A DNA stretch of 63,922 nt, the filler included, from Raillietiella orientalis (Eukaryota), in assembly GCA_036172245.1 (NCBI GenBank). It is 8 parts of 8 records of this genome, joined end to end, with 100 filler letters (N's around TTAATTAATTAA, not from the genome) between each part and the next. Parts side by side here need not be neighbours in the genome. Positions count along the whole stretch, not along the records: positions 36,509 to 44,739 come from JAYWIR010000290.1; positions 44,840 to 52,975 come from JAYWIR010000291.1; 6 more parts are not named here. The stretch is one strand, 5' to 3'. Below the pieces are notes generated by a model. The model saw only the letters and a program-made list of their open reading frames with translations. It searched no databases and had not been told where the DNA came from. Of the stretch, positions 36,509-50,800 are shown piece after piece. The position numbers were made by a program, and so were the translations under genes. How positions within the stretch are numbered: position 1 is the first letter of the stretch; each line of letters begins with the position of its first letter.

Positions 36509-39500
36509 TCTGATTCATTATATTGTCCAAATTTGCAACTTTTATGAAGTTGTAATGACTTCGAAGTCAGCAGATTAACCATTGCACTTTAGCGTTTCAT
36601 CCGATAGCATCCATTTGGTGTGGGAGGGAAATTCCATTCATGGACAACCGCAGAACCAACCAATTTCCTTGGTTCAGAAGAACATGAAGAGAAGTTCGAT
36701 GTTTCATTAGGGTGTGGCAGTTTGGCCTCTGTGCAGTTTTCACGGTAACCAGTGTCAAAGTTAGAAAGACAATGTTTCCATTCGCTCTGATTCATTATAT
36801 TGTCCAAATTTGCAACTTTTATGGGGCTGTAAGCACTTCGAAGTCAGCAGATTTCACCATTGCACTTTTGCGCCTCTTCACGAAGCATCTATTTGCAAGG
36901 AGTCGCAAATTTCCTTCATGAACACCCGCACAACCTTCCAATTTCCTTGGTTCAGAAGAACATTGAGATCAGGTCGAAGTTTCATTAGGATCGAGCACTT
37001 TGGCGTCTGTGTGGTTTTCACGGTAACCAGTGTCGGAGTTATAAAGAGAATGTTTCCCTACGCTCTGATTCATTATATGGTCTAAATTTGCAACTTTGTA
37101 AGGGTTGGTACCAGTTCAAAGTCAGCAGATTTCACCATTGCACTTTTGCGCCTCTTCACGAAGCATGCATTTGCAGTGAGTGGCAGATTCCCGTGATGGA
37201 GACCCGCTCATCCTTGGAATTTCCTTAGTTCAGAAGAACATTGAGATGAGTTCGAAGTTTCATTAGAGTGAGGCACTTTGTCCTCTGTGCGGTTTCCATG
37301 GTTACCAGTGTCGGAGTTAGAAAGAGAATGTTTCCCTTTGCTCTGATTCATTATATGGTCGAAATTTGCACCTTTTTGGGGGTTGTAACCACTTCGAAGT
37401 CATCAGATTCCACCTTTGCACTTTTGCGCCTCTTCACAAGAAATCTATTTGCAGTGAGTGGCAAATTCCATTCATGGACACCCGCCTAACCTTCGAATTT
37501 CCTTGGTTCAGGGGAACATGGAGATGAGTTCGAAGTTTTATTAGGGTGGAGCACTTTGGCCTCTGTGTGGTGTTCATGGTAACCAGGGTCGGAGGTAGAA
37601 AGAGGATGTTTCCCTTTGCTCCAATTCATTATGTGTCCGAAATATGCAACTTTTTGGGGGTTGTAAACACTTCGCAGTCAGCAGATTTCACCATTGCACT
37701 TTGCGGCTCTTCAAAAAAGCATCCATTTGCAGTGAGTGGCAAATTCCCTTGAAGGACACCCGCACAACCTTCCGATTTCCTTGGTTCAGAAGAACATTGA
37801 GATGAGTTCGAAGTTTCATTAGGGCGTGGCACTTTGGTCTCTGTGTGGTTTTCATGGTAACCAGTGTCGGAGTTAGAAAGAGAATGTTTCCCTAGGCTCT
37901 GATTCATTATATGGTCCAAATTTGCAACTTTTTGGGGGTTGTAACCACTTCGAAGTCATCAGATTCCACCTTTGCACTTTTGCGGCTCTTCAAAAAGAAT
38001 CTATTTGCAGTGAGTGGCAAATTCCCTTCATGGACACCCGCTCATCCATGCAATTTCCTTGTTTCAGAAGCACATTGAGATGAGTTCGAAGTTTCATTAG
38101 AGTGAGGCACTTTGTCCTCTGTGCGGTTTCCATGGTTACCAGTGTCGGAGTTAGAAAGAGAATGTTTCCCTACGCTATGATTCATTATATGGTCCAAATT
38201 TGCAACTTTTAGGGGGTTGTAATTACTTCGAAGTCAGGAGATTTCACCATTGCACTTTTGCGCGTCTTCACGAAGCATCTATTTCCAGGAAGTGGCAAAT
38301 TTAATTCAAGGACACCCGCACAACCTTCCAATTTCCTTGGTTGAGAAGAACATTGAGATGAGTTGGAAGTTTCATTAGAGTGAGGCACTTTGTCCTCTGC
38401 GTGGTTTCCATGGTAAACAGTATCGGAGTTATAAAGAGAATGTTTCCCTTCGCTCTGATTCATTATATAGTCCAAATATGCAACTTTTTTGGAATTGTAA
38501 CCACTGTGAAGTCAGCGGATTTCACCATTGCAATTTTGCGCCTCTTCAAAAAGAATGTATTTGCAGTGAGTGGAAAATTCCATTCATGGACACCCGCATA
38601 ATCTTCGAATTTCCTTGGTTCAGGGGAACATGGAGATAAGTTCGAAGTTTTATTAGGATGGAGCACTTTGGGGTCTCTGTGGTTTTCACGGTAACCAGTG
38701 TCGGAGACATGAAGAGAATGTTTCGCTACGCTCTGATTCATGATCTGGTCCAAATTTGCAACTTTTATGGGGTTGTAATCACTTCGAAGTCAGCAGATTT
38801 CACCATTGCACTTTTGCGCCTCATCACGAGGCATGCATTTGCAGTGAGTGGCAGATTCCCGTGATGGAGACCCGTTCATCCTTGGAATTTCCTTGGTTCA
38901 GAAGAACATTGAGATGAGTTCGAAGTTTCATTAGGGTGGGGCACTTTGGCTTCCGTCTGGTTTTCATAGTAACCAGTGTCGAAGTTATAAATAGAATGTT
39001 TCCCTTTGCTCTGATTCATCATATGGTCGAAATTTGCAACTTTTTGGGGGTTGTAACCACTTCGAAGTCATCAGATTCCACCTTTGCACTTTTGCGCCTC
39101 TTCACAAGAAATCTATTTGCAGTGAGTGGCAAATTCCATTCATGGACACCCGCATAACCTTCGAATTTCCTTGGTTCAGGGGAACATGGAGATGAGTTCG
39201 AAGTTTTATTAGGGTGGAGCACTTTTGCCTCTGTGTGGTTTTCACGGTAACCAGTGTGAGAGTTAGAAAGACAATGTCTCCAATCGCTCTGATTCATTAT
39301 ATTGTCCAAATTTGCAACTTTTAGGGGGTTGTAATCACATCGAAGTCAGCAGATTTTACCATTGCAGTTTAGGGTCTCATCCGGGAGAATCCATTTGGTG
39401 TGAGTGGCAGATTCCATTCATGGACACCCGCAGAACCTTCCGATTTCCTTGGTTCAGGAGAACATGGAGATTAGTTCGAAGTCTCATTAGGGCGGAGCAC

Positions 39501-42500
39501 TTTGGCCTCTGTGTGGTTTTCGTGGTAACCAGGGTCAGAGGTAGAAAGAGAATGTTTCCCTTTGCTCCAATTCATTATGTGTCCGAAATATGCAACTTTT
39601 TGGGGTTTGTAAACACTTCGAAGTCAGCAGATTTTACCATCGGACTTTTGCGCCTCTTCAAAAAGACTCCTTTTGCAGTGAGTGGCAAATTACATTCATG
39701 GACACCCGCATAACCTTCCAATTTCCTTGGTTCAGGAGAACATGGAGATGAGTTCGAAGTTTTATTCGGATGGAGCACTTTGGCGTCTGTGTGGTTTTCA
39801 CGGTAATCAGTGTCGGAGTTAGCCAGACAATGTTTCCATTCGCTCCGATTCATTATATTGTCCAAATATGCAACTTTTAGGGGGTTGTAATCACATCGAA
39901 GTCAGCAGATTTTACCATTGCAGTTTAGCGTCTTATCCGGGAGCATCCATTTGGTGTGAGTGGCAGATTCCATTCATGGACACCCGCAGAACCTTCCGAT
40001 TTCCTTGGTTCAGGAGAACATGGAGATAAGTTCGAAGTCTCATTAGGGTGGAACACTTTGGCTTTTGTGTGGTTTTCATGGTAACCAGTGTCGGAGGTAG
40101 AAAGAGAATGTTTCCCTTTGCTCGGATTCAATATGTGTTCAAAATATGCAACTTTTTGGGGTTTGTAAACACTTCGAAGTCAGCAGATTTCAACATTGCA
40201 CTGTGGCGCCTCTTCACGAAGCATCCATTTGCAGTGAGTGGCAAATTCCCTTCAAGGACACCCGCACAAACTTTCAATTTCCTTGATTCAGAAGAACATT
40301 GAGATTTGTTCGAAGCTTCATTAGGGTGTGGCAGTTTGGCCTCTGTGTAGTTTTCACGGTAACCAGTGTCGGAGTTAGAAAGACAATGTTTCCATTCGCT
40401 CTGATTCATTATATTGTCCAAATTTGCAACTTTTATGGGGTTGTAATCACTTCGAAGTGAGCAGATTTCACCATTGCCCTTTGGCGCCTCTTCACGAACC
40501 ATCTATTTGCAAAGAGTGGCAAATTTCCTTCATGGACACCCGCACAACCATCCAATTTCCCTGGTTCAGAAGAACATTGAGATGAGGTCGAAGTTTCATT
40601 AGGGTGTGCCACTTTGGTCTCTGTGTGGCTTTCATGGTAACCAGTGTCGAAGTTAGAAAGAGAATGTTTCCTTAGGCTCTGATTCATTTGATGGTCCAAA
40701 TTTGCAACTTTTAGGGGGTTGTAATGACATCGAAGTCAGAAGATTTTACCATTGCAGTTTAGCGTCTCATCCGTTAGCATCCATTTGGTGTGAGTGGCAA
40801 ATTTCATTGATGGACACCCGCAGAACCTTCCGATTTCCTTGGTTCAGGATAACATGGAGATTAGTTCGAAGTCTCATTAGGGTAGTGCACTTTGGCCTTG
40901 TGTGGTTTTCATGATAACCAGTGTCGGAGGAAGAAATGGAATGTTTCCCTTTGCTCGGATTCATTATGTGTTCGAAATATGCACCTTTTTGGGTTTTTTT
41001 ACCACTTCGAAGTCATCAGATTTCACCATTGCACTGTGGCGCCTCTTCACGAAGCATCTATTTTCAGTGAGTGCATATTAGCCGACATGGAAACCCGCAC
41101 CACCTTCCAATTTCCTTGGTTCAGAAGAACATTGAAATGAGTTCGAAGTTTCATTAGAGTGAGGCACTTTGTCCTCTGTGTGCTTTCCACGGTAAGCAGT
41201 GTCGGAGCTAGAAAGAGATTGTTTCCCTTTGCTCTGATTCATTATATGGTTCAAATTTACGACTTTTTGGGGGTGTTGATCACTCCGAAGACAGCAGATT
41301 TCACTATTGCACTTTTGCGCCTCTTCACGAAGCTTCTATTTGCAGTCAGTGGCAATTTGCCGACATGGAAACCCGCACAACCTTCCAATTTCCTTGGTTC
41401 AAAAGAACATTGAGATGATTTCGAGGTTTCATTAGGGTGTGGCACTTAGGCCTCTGTGTAGGTTTCATGGTAACCAGTGTCGGAGGTAGAGAGGGAATGT
41501 TTCCCTTTGTTCCGATTCATTATGTGTTCGAAATATGCACCTTTTTGAATTTTGTAAACACTTCGAAGTCAGCAGATTTCACCAATGCACTTTTGCGCCT
41601 CCTCACTAAAAATCTATTTGCAGTGAGTGGCAAATTCCATTCATGGACACCCGCCTAACCTTCGAATTTCCTTGGTTCAGGGAAACATGGAGATGAGTTC
41701 GAAGTTTTATTAGGATGGAGCACTTTGGCGTCTGTGTGGTTTTCACGGTTACCAGTGTCGGAGGTAGAAAGATTATGTTTCCCTTTGCTCCAATTCATTA
41801 TGTGTCCGAAATATGCAACTTTTTGGGGTTTGTAAACACTTCGAAGTCTGCAGATGAAACCATTGCACTTTTCCGCCTCTTCAAAAAGAATCTATTTGCA
41901 GTGAGTGGCAAATTCCATTCATGGACATCCGCATAATCTTCTAATTTCCTTGGTTCAGGGGAACATGGAGATGAGTTCGAAGTTTTATTAGGATGGAGTA
42001 CTTTGGCGTCTGTGTGGTTTTCACGGTAACCAGTGTCGGAGTTATAGAGAGAATGTTTCCCTACACTCTGATTGATTATATGGTCTAAATTTGCAACTTT
42101 GTAAGGGTTGGTACCACTTCAAAGTCAGCAGATTTCACCATTGCACTTTTGCGCCTCTTCACGAAGCATGCATTTGCAGTGAGTGGCAGATTCCCGTGAT
42201 GGAGACCCGCTCATCCTTGCAATTTCCTTGGTTCAGAAGCACATTGAGATAAGTTCGAAGTTTCATTAGGGTGGAACACTTTGTCCTCTGTGCGGTTTCC
42301 ATGGTTACCAGTGTCGGAGTTAGAAAGAGAATGTTTCCCTACGCTATGATTCATTATATGGTCCAAATTTGCAACTTTTAGGGGGTTGTAATTACTTCGA
42401 AGTCAGCAGATTTCACCATTGCACTTTTGCGCCTCTTCACGAAGCATCTATTTCCAGGGAGTGGCAAATTTCCTTCAAGGACACCCGCACAACCTTCCAA

Positions 42501-44739
42501 TTTCCTTGGTTCAGAAGAACATTGAGATGAGTTGGAAGTTTCATTAGAGTGAGGCACTTTGTCCTCTGCGTGGTTTCCATGGTAAACAGTATCGGAGTTA
42601 TAAAGAGAATGTTTCCCTTCGCTCTGATTCCTTATATAGTCCAAATATGCAACTTTTTTGGAATTGTAACCACTTTGAAGTCAGCGGATTTCACCATTGC
42701 AATTTTGCGCCTCTTCAAAAAGACTCCATTTGCAGTGAGTGGCAAATTCCATTCATGGACACCCGCATCACCTTGGAATTTCCTTGGTTCAGGGGAACAT
42801 GGAGATGAGTTCGAAGTTTTATTCGGATGGATCACTTTGGCGTCTGTGTGGTTTTCACGGTAACCAGTGTCGGAGTTAGAAAGACAATGTTTCCATTCGC
42901 TCTGATTCATTATATTGTCCAAATTTGCAACTTTTAGGGGGTTGTAATCACATCGAAGTCAGCAGATTTTACCATTGCAGTTTAGCGTCTCATCAGGGAG
43001 CATCCATTTGGTGTGAGTGGCAGATTCCATTCATGGACACCCGCACAAACTTCCAATTTCTTTGATTCAGAAGAACATTGCGATTTGTTCGAAGCTTCAT
43101 TAGGGTGTGGCAGTTTGGCCTCTGTGTAGTTTTCTCGGTAACCAGTGTCGGAGTTAGAAAGACAATGTTTCCATTCGCTCTGATTCATTATATTGTCCAA
43201 ATTTGCAACTTTTATGGGGTTGTAATCACTTCGAAGTGAGCAGATTTCACCATTGCCCTTTGGCGCCTCTTCACGAAGCATCTATTTGCAAAGAGTGGCA
43301 AATTTCCTTCATGGACACTCGCACAACCATCCAATTTCCCTGGTTCAGAAGAACATTGAGATGATTTCGAAGTTTCATTAGGGTGTGCCACTTTGGTCTC
43401 TGTGTGGTTTTCATGGTAACCAGTGTGGAAGTTAGAAAGAGAATGTTTCCTTAGGCTCTGATTCATTTGATGGTCCAAATTTGCAACTTTTAGGGGGTTG
43501 TAATGACATCGAAGTCAGCAGATTTTACCATTGCAGTTTAGCGTCTCATCCGTTAGCATCCATTTGGTGTGAGTGGCAAATTTCATTGATGGACACCCGC
43601 AGAACCTTCCGATTTCCTTGGTTCAGGATAACATGTCGATTAGTTCGAAGTCTCATTAGGGTGGTGCACTTTGGCCTTGTGTGGTTTTCATGGTAACCAG
43701 TGTCGGAGGAAGAAATGGAATGTTTCCCTTTGCTCTTTTCAGTGAGTGGATATTAGCCGACATGGAAACCCGCACCACCTTCCAATTTCCTTGGTTCAGA
43801 AGAACATTGAAATGAGTTCGAAGTTTCATTAGAGTGAGGCACTTTGTCCTCTGTGTGCTTTCCACGGTAAGCAGTGTCGGAGCTAGAAAGAGATTGTTTC
43901 CCTTTGCTCTGATTCATTATATGGTTCAAATTTACGACTTTTTGGGGGTTGTGATCACTCCGAAGACAGCAGATTTCACTATTGCACTTTTGCGCCTCTT
44001 CACGAAGCTTCTATTTGCAGTCAGTGGCAATTTGCCGACATGGAAACCCGCACAACCTTCCAATTTCCTTGGTTCAAAAGAACATTGAGATGATTTCGAG
44101 GTTTCATTAGGGTGTGGCACTTAGGCCTCTGTGTAGTTTTCATGGTAACCAGTGTCGGAGGTAGAGAGGGAATGTTTCCCTTTGTTCCGATTCATTATGT
44201 GTTCGAAATATGCACCTTTTTGAATTTTGTAAACACTTCGAAGTCAGCAGATTTCACCAATGCACTTTTGCGCCTCCTCACTAAAAATCTATTTGCAGTG
44301 AGTGGCAAAGTCCATTCATGGACACCCGCATAATCTTCGAATTTCCTTGGTTTAGGGGAACATGGAGATGAGTTCGAAGTTTTATTAGGATGGAGCACCT
44401 TGGCGTCTGTGTGGTTTTCACGGTAACCAGACTCGGAGTAAGAAAGACAATGTTTCCATTCGCTCTGATTCATTATATTGTCCAAATTTGCAACTTTTAG
44501 TGGGTTGTAATCACATCGAAGTCAGCAGATTTCACCATTGCACTTTCGCGCCTCTTCACGAAGCATCTGTTTGCAGGGAGTGGCAAATTTTCTTCATGCA
44601 CACCCGCAAAACCATCCAATTTCCCTGGTTCAGAAGAACATTGAGATGAGTTCGAAGATTCATTAGGGTGAGGCACTTTGTCCTCTGCGTGGTTTCCATG
44701 GTAAACAGTATCGGATTTATAAAGAGAATGTTTCCCTTC
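36509..44739 (+). repeat. Satellite array, 278-bp monomer, heterogeneous copies (~30)
   Basis: ctctgattcattatat...ttcgaagtcagcagatttcaccattgcac recurs every 278 bp. Confidence 0.97.
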
Positions 44740-44839
44740 NNNNNNNNNNNNNNNNNNNNNNNNNNNNNNNNNNNNNNNNNNNNTTAATTAATTAANNNNN
44801 NNNNNNNNNNNNNNNNNNNNNNNNNNNNNNNNNNNNNNN

Positions 44840-47800
44840 ATCCGTCCGACCCGACGACGAGAAAAGCAATTGAACTTACCTTGGAATCCCCGTTCCTCTT
44901 CACGGAATCCCTCTGCATCTTCCCAAATGGTCCCCGATGTCCACGTCTAGGATGGGTGGAAGGGGACACTTGAATTCGGCAGCATCACCTAGGATTCAAT
45001 AAACAATTTCTTGTATCTGCAAATACCTTTACCTTCAATTTCCAAGATTCCTCTGTCATCTCATATCTTCTCTCTCCATGGGCAGTGCACGACACTCACA
45101 GTAGATCCCCCCTTACGAATCGCAAATGCGTCCGACCCGACCACGAGAAAAGCAATTGAACTTACCTTGGAATCCCCGTTTTTCTTCACGGAATCCCTCT
45201 GCGTCTTCCCAAATGGTCCCCGATGTCCACGTCAAGGATGGGTGGAAGGGGACTCTTGCATTCGGCAGCATCACCTAGGATTCAATAAAATACTTCTTGT
45301 TTCTACAAATCCCTTTACCTTCAGTTTCCAGATATCCTCTTTCCTTGCAGTTCATCTTTCTCAATGGGCAGCACACGACACCCACTTTAGATCCCTCCTT
45401 GGGAATCGCAAATCCGTCCGACCCGACGACGAGAAAAGCAATTGAACTTACCTTGGAATCCCCGATCCTCTTCACGGAATCCCTCTGCATCTTCCCAAAT
45501 GGTCCCCGATGTCCACGTCAAGGATGGGTGGAAGGAGACTCTTCAATTCGGCAGCATCACCTAGGATTCAATAAAATAATTCTTGTATCTGCAAATCCCT
45601 TTACCTTCAGTTTCCAGGTATCCTCTGTCCTTGCAGTTCATCTTTCTCAATGGGCAGTACACGACACCCACTTTAGATCCCTCCTTGGGAATCGCAAATC
45701 CGTCCGACAGGACGACGAGAAAAGCAATTGAACTTAACTTGGAATCCCCGTTCCTCTTCACGGAATCCCTCTGCATCTTCCCAAATGGTCCCCGATGTCC
45801 ACGTCTAGGATGGGTGGAAGGGGACACTTGAATTCGGCAGCATCACCTAGGATTCAATAAACAATTTCTTGTATCTGCAAATCCCTTTACCTTCAGTTTC
45901 CAGGTATCCTCTATCCTTGCAGTTCATCTTTCTCAATGGGCAGTACACGACACCCACTTTAGATCCCTCCTTGGGAATCGCAAATCCGTCCGACAGGACG
46001 ACGAGAAAAGCAATTGAACTTACCTTGGAATCCCCGTTCCTCTTCACGGAATCCCTCTGCATCTTCCCAAATGGTCCCCGATGTCCACGTCTAGGATGGG
46101 TGGAAGGGGACACTTGATTCCGGCAGCATCACCTAGGATTCAATAAACAATTTCTTGTATCTGCAAATCCCTTTACCTTCAGTTTCCAGGTATCCTCTGT
46201 CCTTGCAGTTCATCTTTCTCAATGGGCAGTACACGACACTCACAGTAGATCCCCCCTTACGAATCGCAAATCCGTTCGACCCGACGACGTGAAAAGCAAT
46301 TGAACTTACCTTGGAATCCCCGTTCCTCTTCACGGAATCCCTCTGCATCTTCCCACGTTCCCCTATGTCCCACGTCTAGGATGGGTGGAAGGGGACACTT
46401 GAATTCGGCAGCATCACCTAAGATTCAATAAACAATTTCTTGTATCTGCAAATCCCTTTACCTTCAGTTTCCAGGTATCCTCTGTCCTTGCAGTTCATCT
46501 TTCTCAATGGGCAGTACACGACACTCACAGTAGATCCCCCCTTACGAATCGCAAATCCGTCCGACCCGACGACGTGAAAAGCAATTGAACTTACCTTGGA
46601 ATCCCCGTTCCTCTTCACGGAATCCCTCTGCATCTTCCAAAATGGTCCCCGATGTCCACGTCTAGGATGGGTGGAAGGGGACACTTGAATTCGGCAGCAT
46701 CACCTAGGATTCAATAAACAATTTCTTGTATCTGCAAATCCCTTTACCTTCAGTTTCCAGGTATCCTCTCTCCTTGCAGTTTATCTTTCTCAATGGGCAG
46801 TACACGACACCCACTTTAGATCCCTCCTTGGGAATCGCAAATCCGTCCGACCCGACGACGAGAAAAGCAATTGAACTTACCTTGGAATCCCCGTTCCTCT
46901 TCACGGAATCCCTCTGCATCTTCCCAAATGGTCCTCGATGTCCACGTCTAGGATGGGTGGAAGGGGACACTTGAATTCGGCAGCATCACCTAGGATTCAA
47001 TAAAATACTTCTTGTTTCTACAAATCCCTTTACCTTCGGTTTCCAAGGATCCTCTATCCTCGCATATCTTCTGTCTCCATGCGCAGTGCACGACACTCAC
47101 AGTAGATCCCCCCTTACGAATCGCAAATCCGTTCGACCCGACGACGAGAAAAGCAATTGAACTTACCTTGGAATCCCCGTTTTTCTTCACGGAATCCCTC
47201 TGCGTCTTCCCAAATGGTCCCCGATGTCCACGTCTAGGATGGGTGGAAGGGGACACTTGAATTCGGCAGCATCACCTAGGATTCAATAAACAATTTCTTG
47301 TATCTGCAAATCCCTTTACCTTCAGTTTCCATGTATCCTCTGTCCTTGCAGTTCATCTTTCTCAATGGGCAGTACACGACACTCACAGTAGATCCCCCCT
47401 TACGAATCGCAAATCCGTTCGACCCGACGACGTGAAAAGCAATTGAACTTACCTTGGAATCCCCGTTCCTCTTCACGGAATCCCTTTGGATCTTCCCAAA
47501 TCGTCCCCGATGTCCACGTCTAGGATGGGTGGAAGGGGACACTTGAATTCGGCAGCATCACCTAAGATTCAATAAACAATTTCTTGTATCTGCAAATCCC
47601 TTTACCTTCAGTTTCCAGGTATCCTCTGTCCTTGCAGTTCATCTTTCTCAATGGGCAGTACACGACACTCACAGTAGATCCCCCCTTACGAATCGCAAAT
47701 CCGTCCGACCCGACGACGTGAAAAGCAATTGAACTTACCTTGGAATCCCCGTTCCTCTTCACGGAATCCCTCTGCATCTTCCCAAATGGTCCCCGATGTC

Positions 47801-50800
47801 CACGTCTAGGATGGGTGGAAGGGGACACTTGAATTCGGCAGCATCACCTAGGATTCAATAAACAATTTCTTGTATCTGCAAATCCCTTTACCTTCAGTTT
47901 CCAGGTATCCTCTCTCCTTGCAGTTTATCTTTCTCAATGGGCAGTACACGACACCCACTTTAGATCCCTCCTTGGGAATCGCAAATCCGTCCGACCCAAC
48001 GACGACAAAAGCAATTGAACTTACCTTGGAATCCCCGTTCCTCTTCACGGAATCCCTCTGCATCTTCCCAAATGGTCCTCGATGTCCACGTCTAGGATGG
48101 GTGGAAGGGGACACTTGAATTCGGCAGCATCACCTAGGATTCAATAAAATACTTCTTGTTTCTACAAATCCCTTTACCTTCGGTTTCCAAGGATCCTCTA
48201 TCCTCGCATATCTTCTGTCTCCATGCGCAGTGCACGACACTCACAGTAGATCCCCCCTTACGAATCGCAAATGCGTCCGACCCGACGACGAGAAAAGCAA
48301 TTGAACTTACCTTGGAATCCCCGTTCCTCTTCACGGAATCCCTCTGCATCTTCCCAAATGGTCCCCGATGTCCACGTCTACGATGGGTGGAAGGGGACAC
48401 TTGAATTCGGAAGCATCACCTAGGATTCAATAAACAATTTCTTGTATCTGCAAATACCTTTACCTTCAATTTCCAAGATTCCTCTGTCATCTCATATCTT
48501 CTCTCTCCATGGGCAGTGAACGACACTCACAGTAGATCCCCCCTTACGAATCGCAAATGCGTCCGACCCGACGACGAGAAAAGCAATTGAACTTACCTTG
48601 GAATCCCCGTTTTTCTTCACGGAATCCCTGTGCGTCTTCCCAAATGGTCCCCGATGTCCACGTCAAGGATGGGTGGAAGGGGACTCTTGAATTCGGCAGC
48701 ATCACCTAGGATTCAATAAAATACTTCTTGTTTCTACAAATCCCTTTACCTTCAGTTTCCAGGTATCCTCTTTCCTTGCAGTTCATCTTTCTCAATGGGC
48801 AGCACACGACACCCACTTTAGATCCCTCCTTGAGAATCGCAAATGCGTCCGACCCGACGACGAGAAAAGCAATTGAACTTACCTTGGAATCCCCGATCCT
48901 CTTCACGGAATCCCTCTGCATCTTCCCAAATGGTCCCCGATGTCCACGTCTAGGATGGGTGGAAGGGGACACTTGAATTCGGCAGCATCACCTAGGATTC
49001 AATAAACAATTTCTTGTATCTGCAAATCCCTTTACCTTCAGTTTCCAGGTATCCTCTGTCCTTGCAGTTCATCTTTCTCAATGGGCAGTACACGACACTC
49101 ACAGTAGATCCCCCCTTACGAATCGCAAATCCGTCCGACCCGACGACGTGAAAAGCAATTGAACCTACCTTGGAATCCCCGTTCCTCTTGAAGGGATACC
49201 TACGCGCCTTCCCAAATGGTCCCCGATGTCCACTTCTAGGATGGGTGGAAGGGGACTCTTCAATTCGGCAGCATCACCTAGGATTCAATAAAATAATTCT
49301 TGTTTCTACAAATCCCTTTACCTTCGGTTTCCAAGGATCCTCTATACTCGCATATCTTCTGTCTCCATGGGCACTGCACGACACTCACAGTAGATCCCCC
49401 CTTACGAATCGAAAATCCGTCCGACTCGACGACGACAAAAGCATTTGAACTTACCTTGGAATCCTTCTTCCTCTTCACGGAATCCTTCTGCATCTTCCCA
49501 AATCGTCCCCGATGTCCACGTCTAGGATGGGTGGAAGGGGACACTTGAATTCGGCAGCATCACCTAGGATTCAATAAACAATTTCTTGTATCTGCAAATC
49601 CCTTTACCTTCAGTTTCCAGGTATCCTCTGTCCTTGCAGTTCATCTTTCTCAATGGGCAGTACACGACACTCACAGTAGATCCCTCCTTACGAATCGCAA
49701 ATCCGTCCGACCCGACGACGAGAAAAGCAATTGAACTTACCTTGGAATCCCCGTTCCTCTTCACGGAATCCCTTTGGATCTTCCCAAATCGTCCCCGATG
49801 TCCACGTCTAGGATGGGTGGAAGGGGACACTTGAATTCGGCAGCATCACCTAGGATTCAATAAACAATTTCTTGTATCTGCAAATCCCTTTACCTTCAGT
49901 TTCCAGGTATCCTCTGTCCTTGCAGTTCATCTTTCTCAATGGGCAGTACACGACACTCACAGTAGATCCCTCCTTACGAATCGCAAATCCGTCCGACCCG
50001 ACGACGTGAAAAGCAATTGAACTTACCTTGGAATCCCCGTTCCTCTTCACGGAATCCCTCTGCATCTTCCCAAATGGTCCCCGATGTCCACGTCTAGGAT
50101 GGGTGGAAGGGGACACTTGAATTCGGCAGCATCACCTAGGATTCAATAAACAATTTCTTGTATCTGCAAATCCCTTTACCTTCAGTTTCCAGGTATCCTC
50201 TGTCCTTGCAGTTTATCTTTCTCAATGGGCAGTACACGACACCCACTTTAGATCCCTCCTTGGGAATCGCAAATCCGTCCGACCCGACGACGAGAAAAGC
50301 AATTGAACTTACCTTGGAATCCCCGTTTCTCTTCACGGAATCCCTCTGCATCTTCCCAAATGGTCCCCGATGTCCACGTCTAGGATGGGTGGAAGGGGAC
50401 ACTTGAATTCGGCAGCATCACCTAGGATTCAATAAAATACTTCTTGTTTCTACAAATCCCTTTACCTTCGGTTTCCAAGGATCCTCTATCCTCGCATATC
50501 TTCTGTCTCCATGCGCAGTGCACGACACTCACAGTAGATCCCCCCTTACGAATCGCAAATGCGTCCGACCCGACGACGAGAAAAGCAATTGAACTTACCT
50601 TGGAATCCCCGTTTTTCTTCACGGAATCCCTCTGCATCTTCCCAAATCGTCCCCGATGTCCACGTCTAGGATGGGTGGAAGGGGACACTTGAATTCGGCA
50701 GCATCACCTAGGATTCAATAAACAATTTCTTGTATCTGCAAATCCCTTTACCTTCAGTTTCCATGTATCCTCTGTCCTTGCAGTTCATCTTTCTCAATGG

